Source: Harriotta raleighana (taxonomy: Eukaryota). From it: a stretch of DNA of 64,000 nt. Position 1 is the stretch's first letter. Every line of letters begins with the position of its first letter. The notes below the pieces were generated by a model, which worked only from the letters and a program-made list of their open reading frames with translations, did not search any database and was not told where the DNA came from. A program made the position numbers and the translations under genes. Positions 61,880-64,000 of this stretch are shown piece by piece. The DNA lies in contig JBNZDD010013599.1 of NCBI GenBank assembly GCA_050575255.1, positions 1,863,053 through 1,927,052 on the forward strand. Reading direction: 5' to 3'.

Positions 61880-62392
61880 ATAGTAATAATAATCCTTGCA
61901 TTTGATACAGCACTTCTCACATTTTCTAGACGTCTCAAAGCGCTTCACAGAATATACGGTGAAGTGAATTGACTGTATATTTTGTGGGAGAAACCACGAT
62001 TGCGCACAGCAGTGTCCCACAAACAATTGTGGATTGCAATGTCCAACTTATTCTTTTTTTCGCCTCCTTCGCCTCGCTTCCTCCCTTTCCTCTTTCAAGG
62101 CCGGTCTCAAGACCTTTCTCTTCGACCGTGCCTTCAACACCCCTCTCGAGTCTCTACCCCCTCCTTGCTCCCACCCTTCCCCCCCCTCGCCCTGAACATT
62201 TTCCCTTGCTCGGGTCCTGAACCAATCTGTCCAGCTCCTTGGGACGTCCTCCTGACGTGAAACGCGCTCTATAAGTGTAATTTTGTTGTTGTTGTTGTTG
62301 TTGTTTTTGACAGGGATGAGGCACGCGGGGAGTGAGGAAACTTGCCCAGGGTTTTCGCCCTGCCTGGAATCGAACCCAGGTCTTTTGCTTGC
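61880..62392 (-). mobile_element. Young SINE interrupted by an L2 insertion
   Basis: 61880-62050 is the SINE 3' half; 62306-62392 is the 5' half with B box gggttcgattcc. Confidence 0.88.
62061..62305 (+). mobile_element. Young 5'-truncated L2 LINE
   Basis: Encodes LLRLASSLSSFKAGLKTFLFDRAF (L2 ORF2 end), then a C-rich UTR and (TGT)n tail. Confidence 0.92.
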
Positions 62393-63439
62393 ATCTGCAT
62401 TGATAACACTAATATTGTGGCTGTTAATGTTCAAGGCGTTTCTTTGCCAGGATTGACCAAAAATGTCTCAGTTGAACCAATCGGTTTTAAATGCAGTTCC
62501 CTGGCTTGTCGCTAAATCAGTCAAATAAAAACATAATACTGTATATCGAATCCATGCAGGTAATTCAGGCAACGAATTCCATTAACACCTGGTGAGTGTT
62601 CGGGCCAGTATAAATGCAGCNAATTGATAACACGCATGTGGTGGGTAGCACTAATATTGTGGCTGTTAATGTTCAAGGCGTTTCTTTGCCAGGATTGACC
62701 AAAAATGTCTCAGTTGAACCAATCGGTTTTAAATGCAGTTCCCTGGCTTGTCGCTAAATCAGTCAAATAAAAACATAATACTGTATATCGAATCCATGCA
62801 GGTAATTCAGGCAACGAATTCCATTAACACCTGGTGAGTGTTCGGGCCAGTATAAATGCAGCATTCATTTGAACAGCCGATACAAAATTAGAAGAGGAAT
62901 CTAAATAATATATTGTTGGGAAACAACCATTAGATTGTGCAAGTCTCCTAACTATTTATGTTGTGTATCTAAATAATATTACGTGTTGCAGGAGCAATTA
63001 GTGTGACTCGAAGTGTAATTACAATAACATAACAAATCGTGCTCTACACGAAGCTGTGAGTTTACTCAGCTTCACCTTATGTTGCAATAGATTACATGCT
63101 TCATTATATTCTGACGCTTTTGCTGTATAAATATTTGCTACAGAACTACTGTATTTCTTAATCTGGTGAGAAAGAGACAACTGTACAACTGGTGGGAGGT
63201 CTCCACAGCCCATTTGATGTCAGTCACTGTATTCGTGCTAGGAAGTTTTGGGGCGAAATTAAATGGGCTCCCAAAACATAAAGAAATGACAACATACTGT
63301 ACCTTCACTTCGATGGTAGAGACTAGTGGTTTGTGCAAAAACTATAGGGTCTCGAAATAAGAGTCTGCCTCATTCCATGGAGAAAAATCGGGGGCAACAG
63401 TGTGTGAAATGGATACGCAATATGTATGAGAATCCATGT

Positions 63440-63570
63440 TTGATCTCTGGGTTTCACCCGCCAAATACGCACAGTCGTACCACATTACAGTATATCAGAT
63501 GAATAGCTTCGAGATGTCTTGAAGAGGTGACAAAGTGCTATATCAAATGCCGGGATTATTGTTATGTATT
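63440..63570 (+). mobile_element. Degenerate SINE 3' end
   Basis: cagtcgtaccacattacag...gagatgtcttgaagaggtgacaaagtgctatatcaaatgccgggattatt. Confidence 0.65.
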
Positions 63571-64000
63571 ATTGCAAACTCACAAAGCCTGAAACCCTGC
63601 AAACAGCCTCCAAAACTTGGTAACATTATTCCATCTTAGCCTTATTTTTCAATCAGCTTTACCCCCCTTCAAAATGAACATCCCAGCCACCGTTGGTGGC
63701 AATAATGATTCATTTCTGACTGACTGTTATTATTTTTGACAGCTAATGCTGCACTTTGACATCAGTTCTTGATTTGTCGCTATTAAAAAAAAGGTAATAC
63801 TGGTAATGTTCTCGGATGTCTCCACAACAAAGCTATCGGTACCCATAAGAAGTTGGATTGCAATCAGATTTCAGTCGAGGAATTTAAGAAATGGCCGTGG
63901 ATAATTAGCGAATACTATATATTGATGTGGCCCGCTGTAAAATGCAGTGCAATTAGAGTTCTAATGATCCATAGAAGAATTAAAACCACTGAAAATACAA

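Overview
Eukaryotic (vertebrate) genomic DNA, AT-rich and mostly CpG-poor. The repeat content (Deu-domain SINEs of SacSINE1 type, a younger tRNA-headed SINE, L2 and CR1 LINE ends) points to a cartilaginous fish, most likely the elephant shark Callorhinchus milii; this is an inference. I recognise no host protein-coding gene. The only confidently identifiable peptides are transposon relics: L2 ORF2, CR1 ORF2 and the N-terminal HTH of a Tigger/pogo transposase. The window looks intergenic or intronic. Its dominant structure is a ~17-kb block (14334-31418) in which one locus appears as four long overlapping copies plus one short piece, all joined at single-N breaks. The layout is therefore at least partly an assembly artefact, but the copies carry at least three distinct sequence versions, hinting at a real duplication/CNV underneath. 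Smaller points of interest: a GC-shifted L2 relic beside an enhancer-like element, nested insertions, a hidden ~42-bp degenerate minisatellite, a tRNA-Trp-like relic and weak exon-like segments. I found no evidence for a novel biological system.
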